From: Eledone cirrhosa
Lineage: Eukaryota
Length of the DNA: 64,000 bases
Direction of reading: 5' to 3'
Assembly (NCBI GenBank): GCA_964016885.1
Contig: OZ024743.1
Span: forward strand, 246,450,001-246,514,000
Made by a program: the position numbers and the translations under genes. The first letter of the stretch is position 1. Each line of letters opens with the position of its first letter. Positions 12,472 through 25,794 of the stretch are shown here, piece by piece. The notes beneath the pieces are model-generated. The model made no database searches and was not told the origin of the DNA. It saw only the letters and a list, made by a program, of their open reading frames with translations.

Positions 12472-15325
12472 CAGGGGTTGGCAACCTTTTGGAAAGAGAG
12501 GGCCAAACAGCTATGCAGTGTCATGGAGGAGGGCCATGTTATTAAATATGTAAATAAATTTTCTGGAGGTTTAAAGCAAAACAAGGAATTTAATATAATT
12601 TTATTTTAACAAGGCCCCTTATTTTACTGCAGGAATAACAGAAAAACAACTACTATCAAAATCAACAAAAAAAAAAGAAGCAAATTCCTTGCTACAAACG
12701 AAATACAGTTAGAAATGGTAAATGATTTAATGAGACACTTGTATCTGCTTATTGTGCGATAACTTCTCCACATCAGGTGAAATATTTATCGATGACAGGA
12801 ACAAAACATCATCCAGGTGGTCGTCACGCAACCTTGTTCTTAAATGACTTTTACTATATTTCATTTTGGAAAAAAGTTGTTCACAAGCATATGTACTTCC
12901 AAATAATGATATCATCAGTTTCGCATTAGTCAAGATATTTTTATATTTTCCGCTTGGCAATATATATTTCTTGTAGAAGTCAGCAGTGGATTCGAACTGA
13001 AATTTCGATTTCAAAGATTCGTCGCACTGTAAGTTAATTAACTCCAACTGATATTTTTCTGCCACTTGCTCCACATCTGTTTCGTAAGGAGTACCAAATA
13101 ACTTAAATAGAGTTCCATATTGCCGGAAGTCAACAAAATGAGAGGAAAACTCGCTTCTCAAATCCTTAATAGAGCTCACAAAGATGTCTGGTATTATATC
13201 TCTCTTGTGATTTTGGAGACTTGGGAAATGAGAGTCGTTTCCTTTTTGAAGTTGTGATTCCCACAGTCGAAGTTTTCTCTCAAAAGCAGTAATTTGACCA
13301 AACATCTCAAATACAACTTTGTTCTTTCCTTGAAGCTCAAAATTCAAAGTGTTCATGTGGGTCGTGATGTCCACTAAAAAAGCTAACTTGACAACCCACT
13401 GTGGATCCTGAAAGTAAGAATTATCTCTAAAAACATAGAAATCTCTTCTCTCAATGCTTATACTCGTTCTATCATTTTTCCGCGACGAAGCCATCGAACA
13501 TTTGTAAAATTTGTAAGGTCGCCATACTCTGCTTCAATTTGTTTCAGAAATTCTTGAAACTGGCGGTGATTTAGTCCTCTTGACAGTATAAAATTCACTG
13601 TTGTCACGACCACTGCCATGATGTCCTTAAAATTCAGTGACTTTTCACATAATGCTTCTTGATGAATAATGCACGAAGTTTGATTAGTTTTTGATCAATA
13701 CCGATGTGGTTTTGGAGCAATGCAACAAACCCCTTTTTCTCTCCAACCATTGCTGGTGACCATCTGTGATTACTCCAGAAATCTTTGATAAATCCAGATT
13801 CATTTCGGTAATCCATTTTATTATGCTTTCCAAAATATCTGATCCAGTGCTAGTGTCCTTCATAGGAATCAATTGTACAAATTCTTCCACAATATCAAAT
13901 GTTGGTGTTACACCCCTCACAAACACTGCAATTTGACAAGTATCCTTCATTGTTTCATCGATAGCAATTGAATAATACTCCAGATTATTTAAAATGCCCT
14001 CCAAGCCACTTCTGACATTTGCTGCCAGCTCTTCAATTCACCTTGTTCTTGCCGATAAGCTGATCGCAGAAAATAATTCCCTTTTTTCTGGAAAAACAAC
14101 ATCTGTTACCTTCAACAATAATTCTTTGAAGAAATCTCCATCAGTAAAAGGTTTCATCCTTTCTGCCATTAGTTTTGACACCTCGTAGCTAGCACGAGTG
14201 TTTCGGTCACTTTCTTCAACATTTCTAGAGAAAAAGGATGATTGCTTTGTTACATTATTTCTCAGCCGTGCAACTTCGTTTACTTGTGCTTTTCCAGTAA
14301 AACTGTTGTAATGATTATGACGAGTTTATAGTGCCGTTTAATATTTGAAACTTTCTTCACGGCAATGGTTTCCGAAGTGCTCAATGAAAAAATAGAAAAG
14401 TGGATTTGGAGTGCCGAACTTTTAACGATGGCTGCCATCGTTAAAAGTTCGGCACTCCAAATCCACTTTTCTTTTCTTAGCTTCCATGGGCTTGTTTTTG
14501 TTCAAACAAAAAAGATTTATGGAAAGGAAAAAGAACAAAAAGTATAATAATCAGAATGAAGAAATAAGAAACAATGAAAACAAATGTAAATGCAAATACA
14601 GTAATGTGATAAAATATGATAATTGTGAATAAATTATATAAAACCAGGTTTCTAATGACGTTGTTGGCCTAATTCTAATAATAATAATTCACACAATTTA
14701 TTACAAATAATTAGATAAACGTTATTATTGAATAAAGATATCTACTGTATAGTTGTTATACCACCAGACAACAAACTCAAATGAAAATACTCTGGGGAGG
14801 AGGGAACGAAGTAATTTTTCCAAGGACAGCTTTACCTTGTGCCGGGGGGCACAGGTAAGGTCAGGCAAACGAAGACGACAATAATTCACAAGTGATTTTA
14901 TTGAATGACAATATGGGTATAAAAGCAAGTCATGTGAACCGTAAGGTAGTATACCTTCCAGTCGCTGACGAAAATGCATACTTCCAGCCAACATTTGTGT
15001 TTGTTGACTGGAACAAAAACACATACATGAAATCACAGGAAATAATAATACAGGTGATATAATGCTTGGCGGAAAGCCCAGAAAAAGATGAATAAGAGGA
15101 AATAATAATAAATGGAAAATATAATAAGGTTTAAAGGTATCTGTAAATATATACGGTATGAGCAACGATTTGTGATGGGAATCAGGTCGACACAACCTTG
15201 AAGTGAACTACTGTATCTGTATTCGATACTAATTAGATAATTAGTGTCCAGTGTAAGATGGCGGGCCGGACAAAAATCACTCGAGGGCCGGATGTGGCCC
15301 GCGGGCCGGGGGTTGCCGACCCCTG
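12472..15325 (-). mobile_element. Full-length hAT DNA transposon, Buster/SPIN-like
   Basis: TIRs CAGGGGTTGGCAACC (12472) and GGTTGCCGACCCCTG (ends 15325). 8-bp TSD ctctaggg/ctctagga with central TA. Subterminal ggccc motifs at the right end. Internal transposase. Confidence 0.95.
12727..14487 (-). pseudogene. Frameshifted hAT transposase (GTF2IRD2/SPIN-like)
   Basis: Start MEAKKRKVDLECRTFN at 14487. Motifs YYSIAIDET..D..QIAVFVRG, WVVKLAFLVDIT.HMN.LN..LQGK and FGSTYACEQLFSKMK...SHLRTRL (hAT dimerisation) are split over ORFs 13684..14004, 13634..13816 and 12727..13494. Confidence 0.92.
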
Positions 15326-16699
15326 CTCTAGGATAACACAATCACCATTCTGTCTGCCAGGACAATGACACAATCACAGATCACTTTTTGTCTCTAGTAG
15401 GAAATTTGAAAAACTTTCAAATGTTCTTATTTTGCTTGAAATTGACCAATATGCTTCATTGGCACTGACCAATATTTTAAACATGTCCAAAAAAGGCCAC
15501 TTTCATCAGTGGGGTATTTTTGATTAGCTGTACGATTACGTTTACAAGTTCATCAAATGTTGTGTTGTACTCTACTACTACTGCCACTTCCAAATCTGCT
15601 GATTGTTCTTTGCCAGCAATGTCCATTTTTCTTATTCCATAGCACAGTGTTTCCCAATACTATTTTGTTATGAAGCCCTTATACAATTTCCCTAAAATGG
15701 TGGAACACAAACTTATATTTTACAGACCATCACTCTACTCTAATTTAATAAGATAATAAACGAAAAAAAAATGGAGAAAGAATTTAAAACATGATAATTT
15801 TTCATAAAATTTTATTAAAAGACATCTCAATGAAACCCCAAACATGTACTTATATTTCATGGACAATCCAGCCACCCTAATTTTAATATAAACACTGTTG
15901 ACTTTGAAATCTGTGCATCCCAATGCAAATGGCCATAATAATAATAGTCTATCATTATAAATAATAGTTGAGAAGATCAAGTAAAGTAGCCCTGGAGAGA
16001 GGAAAAAGTGGTCATTTACATCGAGGCACACACATTTCTAAGTAAAAATTTGTTTTAAAACAGAATTTAATCAGTTCTACTTAACTCATCAGAAGATGAT
16101 CTCCATCATGACCCTCTCAAGAAGAAGAAGAAGAAGAAGAAGAAAAAGAAGGCACTGGGGAGGATGAAATTCAGCCTAGATATTAAAAGTCTTACAGAAG
16201 AGAATGAGGAGGGAATGGATGAAGATGAAGAAGAATGGGGATCCAGCTGGATCATTTGGAAATGGTTGCTTCTGCTAGGATCTTCTCTGGATCACATGTC
16301 TGTGATACATGTCCCCACGACTCCTCAGGAGGAGGATGAGGAAGCCCTGGTATTTGACTATCTTCCTCTTCTCCTCAGAGTGACATGGCTGCAGGCAGAG
16401 AACGGGTCGATGTTCAGTTCCAATATGAAGTCAATATAATTTCCTTCATAGAAAACAATAGAGCTACTAGCCTTCAGTATCATTACAGTGAGGAGTGTAC
16501 ATGTGTGTATTACATTTTATGTGTCTTTGTTTCTTACAATTAAGCTAATTCGAATAGATTTTTTATTTCATGTCAGGGTATAAAATAACTCTTCTCAAAT
16601 TAGTCATTACTTTTATGAATTGCCAGATTACTGTATTAAGTCATATAATTCCATATTGCCTTTGGGATTTGTTTCTCCCAGATTGTGTATTTATAACAT

Positions 16700-17330
16700 T
16701 ATCGTCGTCATCATCATCATTTTACTTTAGCTTTCCATACTGATATGTTGTCATTGTCTGAGATCAGATGAGTCAATTTGACCTCATCTTGTTCATCTTG
16801 TTCATCTGTTCCATATTTGGTATGGTTTTTTATGGCTTGATGCCCTTCCTCACACCAGCCACTTTACAAGGTATACTGGGTGCATTTTTTGTAGCACCAG
16901 TGCTATGACTTTACATGGTGTAATGGGTGTGCAGTTTCTTTCCAGCCTTTTCATATATTTTTTTCCCTTATTTTTCCATTTTCATAACTACAAAAGAGAC
17001 TTGCATCTTTTCATATATTGTGTCTCAATGAATCGTCCAGAGAATTATGTTAAGGCTACACGTATCTGGGGTATGTTTATCAGACAGGTAAAGTGACCTC
17101 ATCTTGCTCATATATTCCATATTTAGCATGGTTTTTATGGCTTGATGCCCTTCTTCATACTAGCTACCTTATAAGATGTACTGGGTGCATTTTTGTAGCA
17201 CAAATGCTACCACTTTACATTGTGTAATGGGTGTGCATTTTTATTTTATATCACCAACGTTAACATTTTACAGGGTATACTGGGTGCCTTTTATCATGGC
17301 ACCAGCACTAGAGGGGCTGTCACATGCTTG
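16700..17330 (-). mobile_element. Degenerate RTE-3'-end-related short repeats (two or more fragments)
   Basis: (CAT)n tail followed by tatggcttgatgcccttc...actttac...actgggtgc, matching the reverse complement of the RTE 3' UTR. Confidence 0.6.
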
Positions 17331-18899
17331 TTCAGACTAAACAATCCTCTCAAACTCTATATTTGTTCCAATGCCAATACTATAGCTTTCAATCTCTCAC
17401 CACATTTACTTTTAGTGTCACAGTTGTTATGAAAAACCAGATTCCATTTAATATAAATTTTCAAATAAAATAGAAAAGTAACAGAGTTTAGCCCAAATCA
17501 AAAAATAAACTTAATATAAATACTTGTAGCAGAATCTGGCACCTCTGTTGTAACCACATTTCTAATGTTTCAAATAATTTTGAAAATAATCAAGTATCTC
17601 AAGGGATTTAGTAATATAACTTTCTCATTACTAAGCTAATGTTTGGAACATAACTTTAAAATTCTTCCATAAAATTATGATGGAAGGATTTTAGATAAAT
17701 GTAAACACTTGAAAATACACAATTTTGTGTCAGAATCAGGAATGGTTTTAGATGGTTTGCTATCAAAAGGGTTAATTGACCACAGTAAATTTCTGCTGGC
17801 CTTGAAAGCCACATTATGGCTATACATGTCTGTGGAATGCTCAGCTATTTGCATGTTAATGAGCAGGCTGTTCCATTATTTGAACAACTAGAACACTTGT
17901 CATTGGAACTGACAGAGTTCCAACACACACATGTTTTTCGTAAGAAATATGGTAACAAAAGTGTTAAATATGTTTATCCTTACTTAAGTGAATATTTTCC
18001 AACCAATCTTTCTTGATTTGGTCAAGCAACTGCTAATACTACTCATGTATTATACCTTTTAATATAACAATTCTCAACAACTATTTTCTTTACATGGAGT
18101 GTGAGCATGTAGTATAGTTTGCATACAGCATTGTGAGGTATATTGTTAAAATTGCTTTGTATATATAGATCCATAACTATAGATGAAGTCATAAGGTCAC
18201 TGTTGTGAGACACGGCATGTTTTAGGCATTCTAAACTTAGTGGAACCCATCCCTCTTCATGTCTAAACACACCTGATTTCTTACAGAGAGAGAGGGGTGG
18301 GGGAAGAATCAACTTCAGTATTGAACAGGTACATTTTTTTATTGACCTAAAAAATCTACCACATTGCCAGTCAAATACTTAGGTCAATATATTCGACTTT
18401 TCCCAGCCCTTAAATTTCTTACCTTGTACTTAAGTATTTCTAGAATCTGACTTACAGCTTAACTATTCATGGTTTTTTTTTTAATATCTATTCTGTAACT
18501 CTTAACAATTTGTAATAATTTAGTAAAAAATATTTTAAAATGGGCTTGTTGATTCAAATATTTAAGTAGCTTAAGTAGTGAATAGATTTTTGTGAACATT
18601 TGCAGTAAACTAAAGTAAAGACTTCAGTTTTTAATGTGATGCTATCATAGTGCTGTTTTCTATTTTTCAAGAATGTCTTATTAATGTGGTACGAGATATT
18701 AAAAGTTAAAGGCTTCTTTTATTTTTTTATTCTGCTTCTAATACTATTTCAGCCTTAGTTGCTCTGAGTTTTTTTTTGCTGTTTCCTTTTCATTAAACAA
18801 ACATTCTTCTCTATACACCATTCATCATTACATCACCAAAGTGCATCTCTTCTACAACACTGAGCATGACATTTGCTTCAATTTTAATTGAACACTATT

Positions 18900-19192
18900 T
18901 TTACTGCTCTCTTTCACACATATGCATACTCTCTCTCTGTCTCTGTCTCTCTCTCTCTCACTCTACCTCGCTCACACACACACTCTCTCTCACACATACA
19001 TGCTCTCCCACACACTCTCTTGCTCACGTGCTTTCTATCACTCACACGCTCTCACTCGCTCTCTCTTTCTCTCTATCTCTTGCTCACATGCTCTCCCACA
19101 AACTCTCTCTCTCACACATACACACACAAACACACACTCACTCTCTCACTCACTCTTTATCAGACTCTCTCATACACTATCTCCTTTTCTCT

Positions 19193-19246
<54 letters not shown>
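18900..19246. repeat. (CT)n/(CA)n compound microsatellite
   Basis: Low-complexity CT/CA run ending in a pure (CT)n tract. Confidence 0.9.
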
Positions 19247-19249
<3 letters not shown>

Positions 19250-19669
19250 GTACCTATTCCTTTACACTGTTCCAATGCCATATAACAAACATCTTTAATT
19301 CTTGTTTTCTTGAGTACATCTTCCACACACCTCAACCTTCTTCAATAACCTTTTATCACTTGCTTGCCTGCTCAGTTGTGTAAATCTCTGAATAATTAAG
19401 ATCCAATGGTTCATTAGATTTCTCCCATTAATAAATAATTCTAAGCTTATCTGCCATCTATCCACCATCTCTTTTATTTGACCAGAGGCCTTCCACTGAT
19501 ACACATATATGATCTTATGGTCTATTTAATTCCTCCTATACCATATTGATAATCATAAAAGGCTACAACTAGGTTTCTATGGTGGTTTCCCACTTCATCT
19601 GTGATACTCTCTCGTCTTTCAACCCTTGGTCATCATTTCCCTTCTAAGCACCCCCTCAGTCTGTGTTGC

Positions 19670-19870
19670 TGTTGGACCTCTATTGGTTCTGACAAGTGTT
19701 CCAGTTCTTTGAACAAGAGAACAACCTGTTTGTGAAATTGGCATGCAAGTGGCTGAACATTCCACAGACACATGTACCCATAGCAAAGTTCTTAGGGAGA
19801 TTTAGCATGACACAGTGTATGACATAGCTGACCCTTTGAATTATAGGTACAGACCATTTCAAAACAGTTT
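19670..19870 (-). mobile_element. SINE fragment of a second family (CORE-like; other copies ~17790-17910, 45775-45975, 52575-52830)
   Basis: Shared gcaagtggctgaa..ttcca..gacac.tg.accc...gggagatt.agcat.acacagtgt motif. The 52575 copy has A-box tggcttagtgg and B-box gagttcgattcc. Confidence 0.65.
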
Positions 19871-22199
19871 TCATCTCCCCACTTTTCCTCACAACACATT
19901 CTTTCATTTAAAAGTAACTTGGCTGTTATTTCTTTCACCCCTTTGTGTATACTATCATATGTATTTGGCTTGGCTTTCTTGAAACTACTGGTAATGTTAT
20001 TTCTGATTAATTGGTCGTAGGTGCTTCTGTTTGCCTGGTATATGTTTTTTGTTTTGTCAAAGAATAATGTAGCCTTATCTTATATATATTGCAGATGTCA
20101 TTTTTTAGCGTGCTTTGAAAATCATTAAATGACTTATGGAATTTTAGTGTTGTTACTATATCCAGTAGGTCTGCTTTGAATTTTTCCAGCTCCTTGGTTT
20201 TTAGTGGATACCTAGGAAGGTATACACCAGTTTACCATGTATTTTATACAATATAGAATATATATATATATATATCATCATCATCATCGTTAAATATTCA
20301 TTTTCCCCGCTACCATGGGTAGGACGGGTTGACCCTTTGGGAGAGAATCAGGTCAGAGGACCATGTTTTGTGGTTGGCATTAGGAAGGGCATCCAGCTGT
20401 AGAAACCAAGCCAAAATCATCCCTGTGTATTATATATATATATATATATATATATGATCAAAGACATACCAACTATGGCCATCTCATCTTGTCTTCAGTG
20501 ATAGTATGTCCAGGACCATATCATCCATTGAGTCCTTCCTTTTTCAAGATGGTTGGGTGTAATTTGAAGGTGATTTGACTGTTATTTTTAGCCAGTTAAG
20601 CAACTGCACACAGATATTCAATGGTTGACAAAATAAGTAAAAGTAGAAGTACCTTATTCCATTGGTTCTATGTGCTGTATTGTACCATGGCAATGTAGTT
20701 CTGTGAATTCTCTTCAATACATTAGAGTCAACAAGTACACATTCACCGAAGTTTCTCAGTGTTTTAGTAAAACATTTACATTGAAGTTTATTCACCTCAA
20801 TAATACTTTACATAAAAGATTTCATCTTGTACATTTTCCCATTAAAATTTCCCATAAATAAATTTTGCCTCAATAATAAATCTGTTGATTCTATTTATAA
20901 TTAACTCTTTATATATTGAATTGCATGAAACCACATTAGCAAGACATTCTTAAAAAGTATAAAAGGCTGCATCACATTAAAATTTAAGGTCTCTATTCTA
21001 TGTGACTGCATCACATTAAAATTTAAGGTCTCTATTCTATTTTCTCAATGATTTGTCTGCTAGCAAAGATTCTACAAACATTTGAATCAGTAAACCTGTT
21101 TTTAGATATTTTCTGCTAAACCATTTCATCATTTATAGGTGATGAAATATATATTACTGGTAAATTAATATTGAGGAACAATTTAGTAAACAATACATTA
21201 CTGGTATTTTATATTGACAATAAAGGGTTTGAGAGGACTCTTCAGTTTGGTCAACCATGACAATCTCTCTAGTGCCATGATAAAATGCAACCCATAAACT
21301 CTGTATAGTGTTAGTGCTGGTGCAATGGTAAAATGTACTCAGTATACACTGTTGACTGGTTGGCATTAGAAAGGACATCCAACTATAGAAACCATACCAA
21401 ATACAGAGCATATGAACAAGATGAGGTCACTCTGATCCATCTGGTCTCAGACCATGTGGACTGATCTAACCCATACCAGCATGGATTGTTAACATAAAAT
21501 GATGATGATGATGATGATGATGTACTGTTTAGTAAACTATGTATTAGTGGTCATAAATACTCTTTAGTAAACTATACATAACTGGTACTTAATATTAAGG
21601 TACTGTTTAGTAAACTAGATATTTCTGGTACTTTAGAAATTAGGTACTTTCTAGATTACTATATATTACTATATATTACTCGTACTAAATGCTGAGAACC
21701 ATTAGTCACATAAATTGCTGTTATATGATATAAAGGAGATGAACTGGCAGAGTTGTTTGGATGTCGAATTATATGCCTTTGTATTTCTTCCAGTTCTCAA
21801 CATTTTGAATTCAATCCCATGTGGAAGAACGGACGTAAAACGGTGATGATGATGATGATGATGAAGATCAACTTTGCCTTTCATCCTTTCAGTATCTGTT
21901 CCAGGTATATGTGTTCTGAGTTCAAATCCTCCGCCTCTTCTCCAGAAATTGCAACTTGCATATAGTACCAGCAACATAAAGACCAATGGAAACATTGTTT
22001 CCTTGGTTTGATCTGACACTCAGCGAAAGAAACAAAAAGTTCTCAAGTGAATTCTCAAATTACAATTTCATAGATCCATTATTGTCAAACAATTATATGA
22101 AAGATTAAAAGCTTTAAAAATAAAAAAAAATCATGAAACATTTTTTTCTAATATGGCAAAGTGTTTAAGGTAGACCATGAGTGAAATTCACTAGAGACT

Positions 22200-22729
22200 G
22201 GGTGGAAATTCATCCAGCCAGAGGAAGCTTGCCAGACAAAGGATTGGGAGGACTCTTCAGCCATGTCAAGGACATGACAGCCACTCTAGTGTTTGGTGAC
22301 CTACACAATAAACACACCCAGTGCATGCTGTAAAGTGGATGGTGATAGGATGGGCAATCAGCCATAGAAAGCTTGCCAAACAAAGGGTTGGGATGAACCT
22401 TTAACTGTGTCAAGGACATGACAGCCTCTCTAGTGTTTGGTGACCTACACGATGAGCACACCCATTACATGCTGTAATATGCTTGGTGATAGGAAGGACA
22501 TCCAGCCATAGAAATCTAGCCAAACAGAAAGGTCAGGGGGAACCTCAGTTGTGTCAAAAACCTCTCCTGTACACTTGGTGGAGTGTCAACTATGCATAAA
22601 GCAAGACAGATTTCTGGGAGTTCAGTGGCTCTGCTTCAGTACTGACGTGGTCTATGTAGACCCGTCCAAACCTTGCTAGCAGGGAAAGCAGACAGTAAGA
22701 GGACAATGATGATGATGATGATAATGATG

Positions 22730-22730
<1 letters not shown>
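22200..22730 (+). mobile_element. RTE-tail-related repeat with an internal ~130-bp unit in about three tandem copies
   Basis: cagccatagaaa.cttgccaaacaaagg...tgtcaaggacatgacagcc.ctctagtgtttggtgacctacac recurs, and the element ends in (GAT)n. Related copies at ~21200-21520, 24200-24360 and 46600-46860. Confidence 0.65.
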
Positions 22731-22768
<38 letters not shown>

Positions 22769-22773
<5 letters not shown>

Positions 22774-23218
22774 CAAGGTCTAGCAAATAGAGAAAAAGTT
22801 TTAAAATAAATAAAAAAAAATTCACTGTACTTACTATATGTGCCTTTACTGCGGTTTCATGCTCCAGAATAAACGGAAAATCCAAGCGGATTTCCATTGA
22901 GAAGGGAGCAATCTTCAGAAGGTTCTTCTCCCTCGGAGAATATAAAATTCCCGAGTTCAAATCACAAACTGACGCCATACAAAACCGCTTGGATTTTCCG
23001 TTTATTCTGGAGCATGAAACCGCGGTAAAGGCACATATAGTAAGTACAGCGAATTTTTTTAAATTTATTTAAAAACTTTTTCTCTATTTGCTAGACCTTG
23101 ATTTTATATGTTCTGGCTTGTTAATTTATTAACCCGCCATAGAACCACATTGGCATACGGTTGGATAATACTTGTTTCCCTATATGTATTTTTTACACGT
23201 AGGAATTCATACTTTATT
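22769..23218. mobile_element. ~450-bp non-autonomous Penelope-like pLTR element with an inverted partial duplication, embedded in (TA)n (copy 1)
   Basis: ~125-bp inverted arms (22765-22889 and 22985-23109), ~95-bp spacer and ~110-bp extension. Flanked by (TA)n on both sides, contains a hammerhead, and is nearly identical to 25302-25753. Confidence 0.75.
22843..22922 (-). ncRNA. Type I hammerhead ribozyme
   Basis: Minus strand: CCUU-CUGAAGA-UUGCUCC..(extended hairpin)..GGAGCAU-GAAAC-CGCA-GUA-AAGG. Stem I CCUU/AAGG, stem II UGCUCC/GGAGCA. Confidence 0.8.
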
Positions 23219-23835
23219 ATATATATATATATGTATGTGTATATATATATATATTATGTATGTGTATATACTGTATATATATATGTATATATATGTATAT
23301 ATATATATATATACATATGAAGCGAAGTTTTACTTGTGGAAGAAATGACAAACACCACAACAAATACCAACAAATACCAGCAAAAAGGAAAAGAATCTGA
23401 TTACTTCGAATCATAAATATAATGTTTCATTATAGTGTTCAGAAATGAATATAGGGTTCAGTAAAGGCCTAAGTGTTGTGCACGAATCTTTTATTTACCA
23501 TGGATTTTTCCTTTAAATGAAAAGTGACAAGTTGTAGTTGACAGTGTGTGGATAGTTGGTATTGTAGTAAACTGTTATATATCTTGGCTGTGTTGTCTAC
23601 AAGAAGAGGCAGATGACTGACTGGTTAGGACCACAGGACAGCCTATTTATAATGACCACTAGTTATTTTTGATAGATAACAGATGGCCCTAGAATATGTT
23701 CTTCCTAGGACTGGTGTCATAATTCTTACCATCAGGGAAATTTATCTATTGACTTCTTTGCGAGGTCACAAGTCACTTACTTGGTGACCGTGTCCATAAG
23801 GGAAAAGGAAACACCGTGGGAAAACATTTCTTTCA

Positions 23836-23882
<47 letters not shown>

Positions 23883-24356
23883 AGAGTGGAAGTTAGTAAA
23901 ATCGAAGTTGTGGCAGTTGGTCAGCATCTACGAAAATAACAATATTCAAAGCTTTGCACGAAGCACTCGATAAGAAGATATCGATAAATCGATAAGTAAT
24001 AAACATACGTTAAATAACATGACAAATTGAAAACTGTGGTTAAGGGGACAAAGCCACATACATCTAGTAGGCACTACTTTTCCTTACCTTCCCATCACTT
24101 TTCCACACATCTCGCACCCCTTAAGATCCCACCCATCCTCCATACATGCCCACTAGATCTACCTCTCCAATCCCCATGCCCACCCCACCCCAGCCCCCAG
24201 TCCACACTGTAAAGTGGTCGTTTTTGGTACCATGACAAAATGTGATTGGCATTAGGAAAGGCATCTAGTCATAGAAACCATGCCAATGCCAAAATCAGCT
24301 CTGTATGAACAATACAGCATGGAAAAATGGACGTTAAACGATGGTGATGATGATGA

Positions 24357-24394
<38 letters not shown>

Positions 24395-24563
24395 TATGTT
24401 CATACACAGAACAAGAAAAGCGCTACCTTAGGTTTCAAGTTTCAGTTTTGGCCATCTCCACGGACAGCACGGTGGTGCAGAATGTGTGGAGGTCCGATCA
24501 GAAATAATATATGAGTTCTGTTACACTAGATCGAACACCGTTAATCTTCTTCCTTTTTCCCAT

Positions 24564-24618
<55 letters not shown>

Positions 24619-24799
24619 GTAACGTGCTCTGATGTTGGGTTTGAATAGTTTTTAGGATTCCTCAGTTCAGCAGCTAGTACGTTAAAGAAAATTGATAGTT
24701 ACAACAATAAAGGCTGAACAAAGAACACATTTTTAACAAACTTTACAATAATTTGTACAACCATAATGGAAATTCCAAGTAACAGAAAATACATAAATT

Positions 24800-25000
24800 A
24801 CATTGTGAGAGCCTCAGAGTAGACAATATTTTTTGTTCAGCCTTCAGGAGCAAAGATGAAGAGATTGTTTGTCGAACTCACCCTAGAGCATCCTACATAC
24901 AATTGACCATGGGAGAAGCATGGTTTTCCCAGATGAAGGCCAGCCACTTTTAGGGTTTGACCCTGAGTTTTGTTGATGGTAATTGCAAAGCTTAGTCTCG
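24800..25000 (-). pseudogene. Helitron RepHel C-terminal Pif1-type helicase fragment
   Basis: LSFAITINKTQGQTLKVAGLHLGKPCFSHGQLYVGCSRV.....*TKNIVYSEAL contains Pif1 motifs V/VI and the typical Helitron C-terminus. Confidence 0.85.
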
Positions 25001-25301
25001 CTGTTGTTCTAGTAACATTTTTTCTTCTGGAAAATCTGATCTTGCGGCCAGACTGGGACTTTTTGGGTGGCATATCGACAGTAACAATGACGATAAGCAG
25101 TCTGTGCTTTCGTGAAATAAATGCGTTTGTTTATATTTTGTTTTTGTGCATGCAAAAATATATGTACACGAATATATAATTATATATATATAATATATAT
25201 ACATACATATATATATATATATATGTATATATATTATATATATATATATAATTATATATTCGTGTACATATATTTTTGCATATATATATATATATATATA
25301 T

Positions 25302-25749
25302 AAAATCAAGGTCTAGCAAATAGAGAAAAAGTTTTAAAATAAATAAAAAAAAAATTCGCTGTACTTACTGTATGTGCCTTTACCGCGGTTTCATGCTCCA
25401 GAATAAACGGAAAATCCAAGCGGATTTCCATTGAGAAGGGAGCAATCTTCAGAAGGTTCTTCTCCCTCGGAGAATATAAAATTCCCGAGTTCAAATCACA
25501 AACTGACGCCATACAAAACCGCTTGGATTTTCCGTTTATTCTGGAGCATGAAACCGCGGTAAAGGCACATATAGTAAGTAAAGCGAATTTTTTTTTAATT
25601 TATTTAAAAACTTTTTCTCTATTTCCTAGACCTTGATTTTATATGTTCTGGGTTGTTAATTTATTAACCCGCCATAGAACCACATTGGCATACAGTTGGA
25701 TAATACTTGTTTCCCTATATGTATTTTTTACACGTAGGAATTCATACTT

Positions 25750-25753
<4 letters not shown>
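25302..25753. mobile_element. Copy 2 of the ~450-bp inverted-pLTR hammerhead element
   Basis: Near-identical to 22769-23218, same orientation, flanked by (TA)n. Confidence 0.75.
25377..25456 (-). ncRNA. Type I hammerhead ribozyme
   Basis: Minus strand: CCUU-CUGAAGA-UUGCUCC...GGAGCAU-GAAAC-CGCG-GUA-AAGG, with palindromic ACCGCGGU across stem III. Confidence 0.85.

Positions 25754-25789
<36 letters not shown>

Positions 25790-25794
<5 letters not shown>

Noticed and set aside
16164-16439. Acidic 91-aa ORF after a (GAA)n tract
   Set aside because: No recognisable domain or splice signals. More likely the antisense of a decayed LINE 3' end with a (TTC)n tail, but not supportable.
18866-19383. 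Ser/Leu/His-rich ORFs (also the YI/CV and Phe/Ser-rich ORFs at 23-26 kb and 43.5-45.5 kb)
   Set aside because: Translations of microsatellite or low-complexity DNA.
20968-21041. 38-bp tandem duplication (also short tactgtttagtaaacta repeats at ~21520-21680)
   Set aside because: Ordinary local slippage with no further structure.
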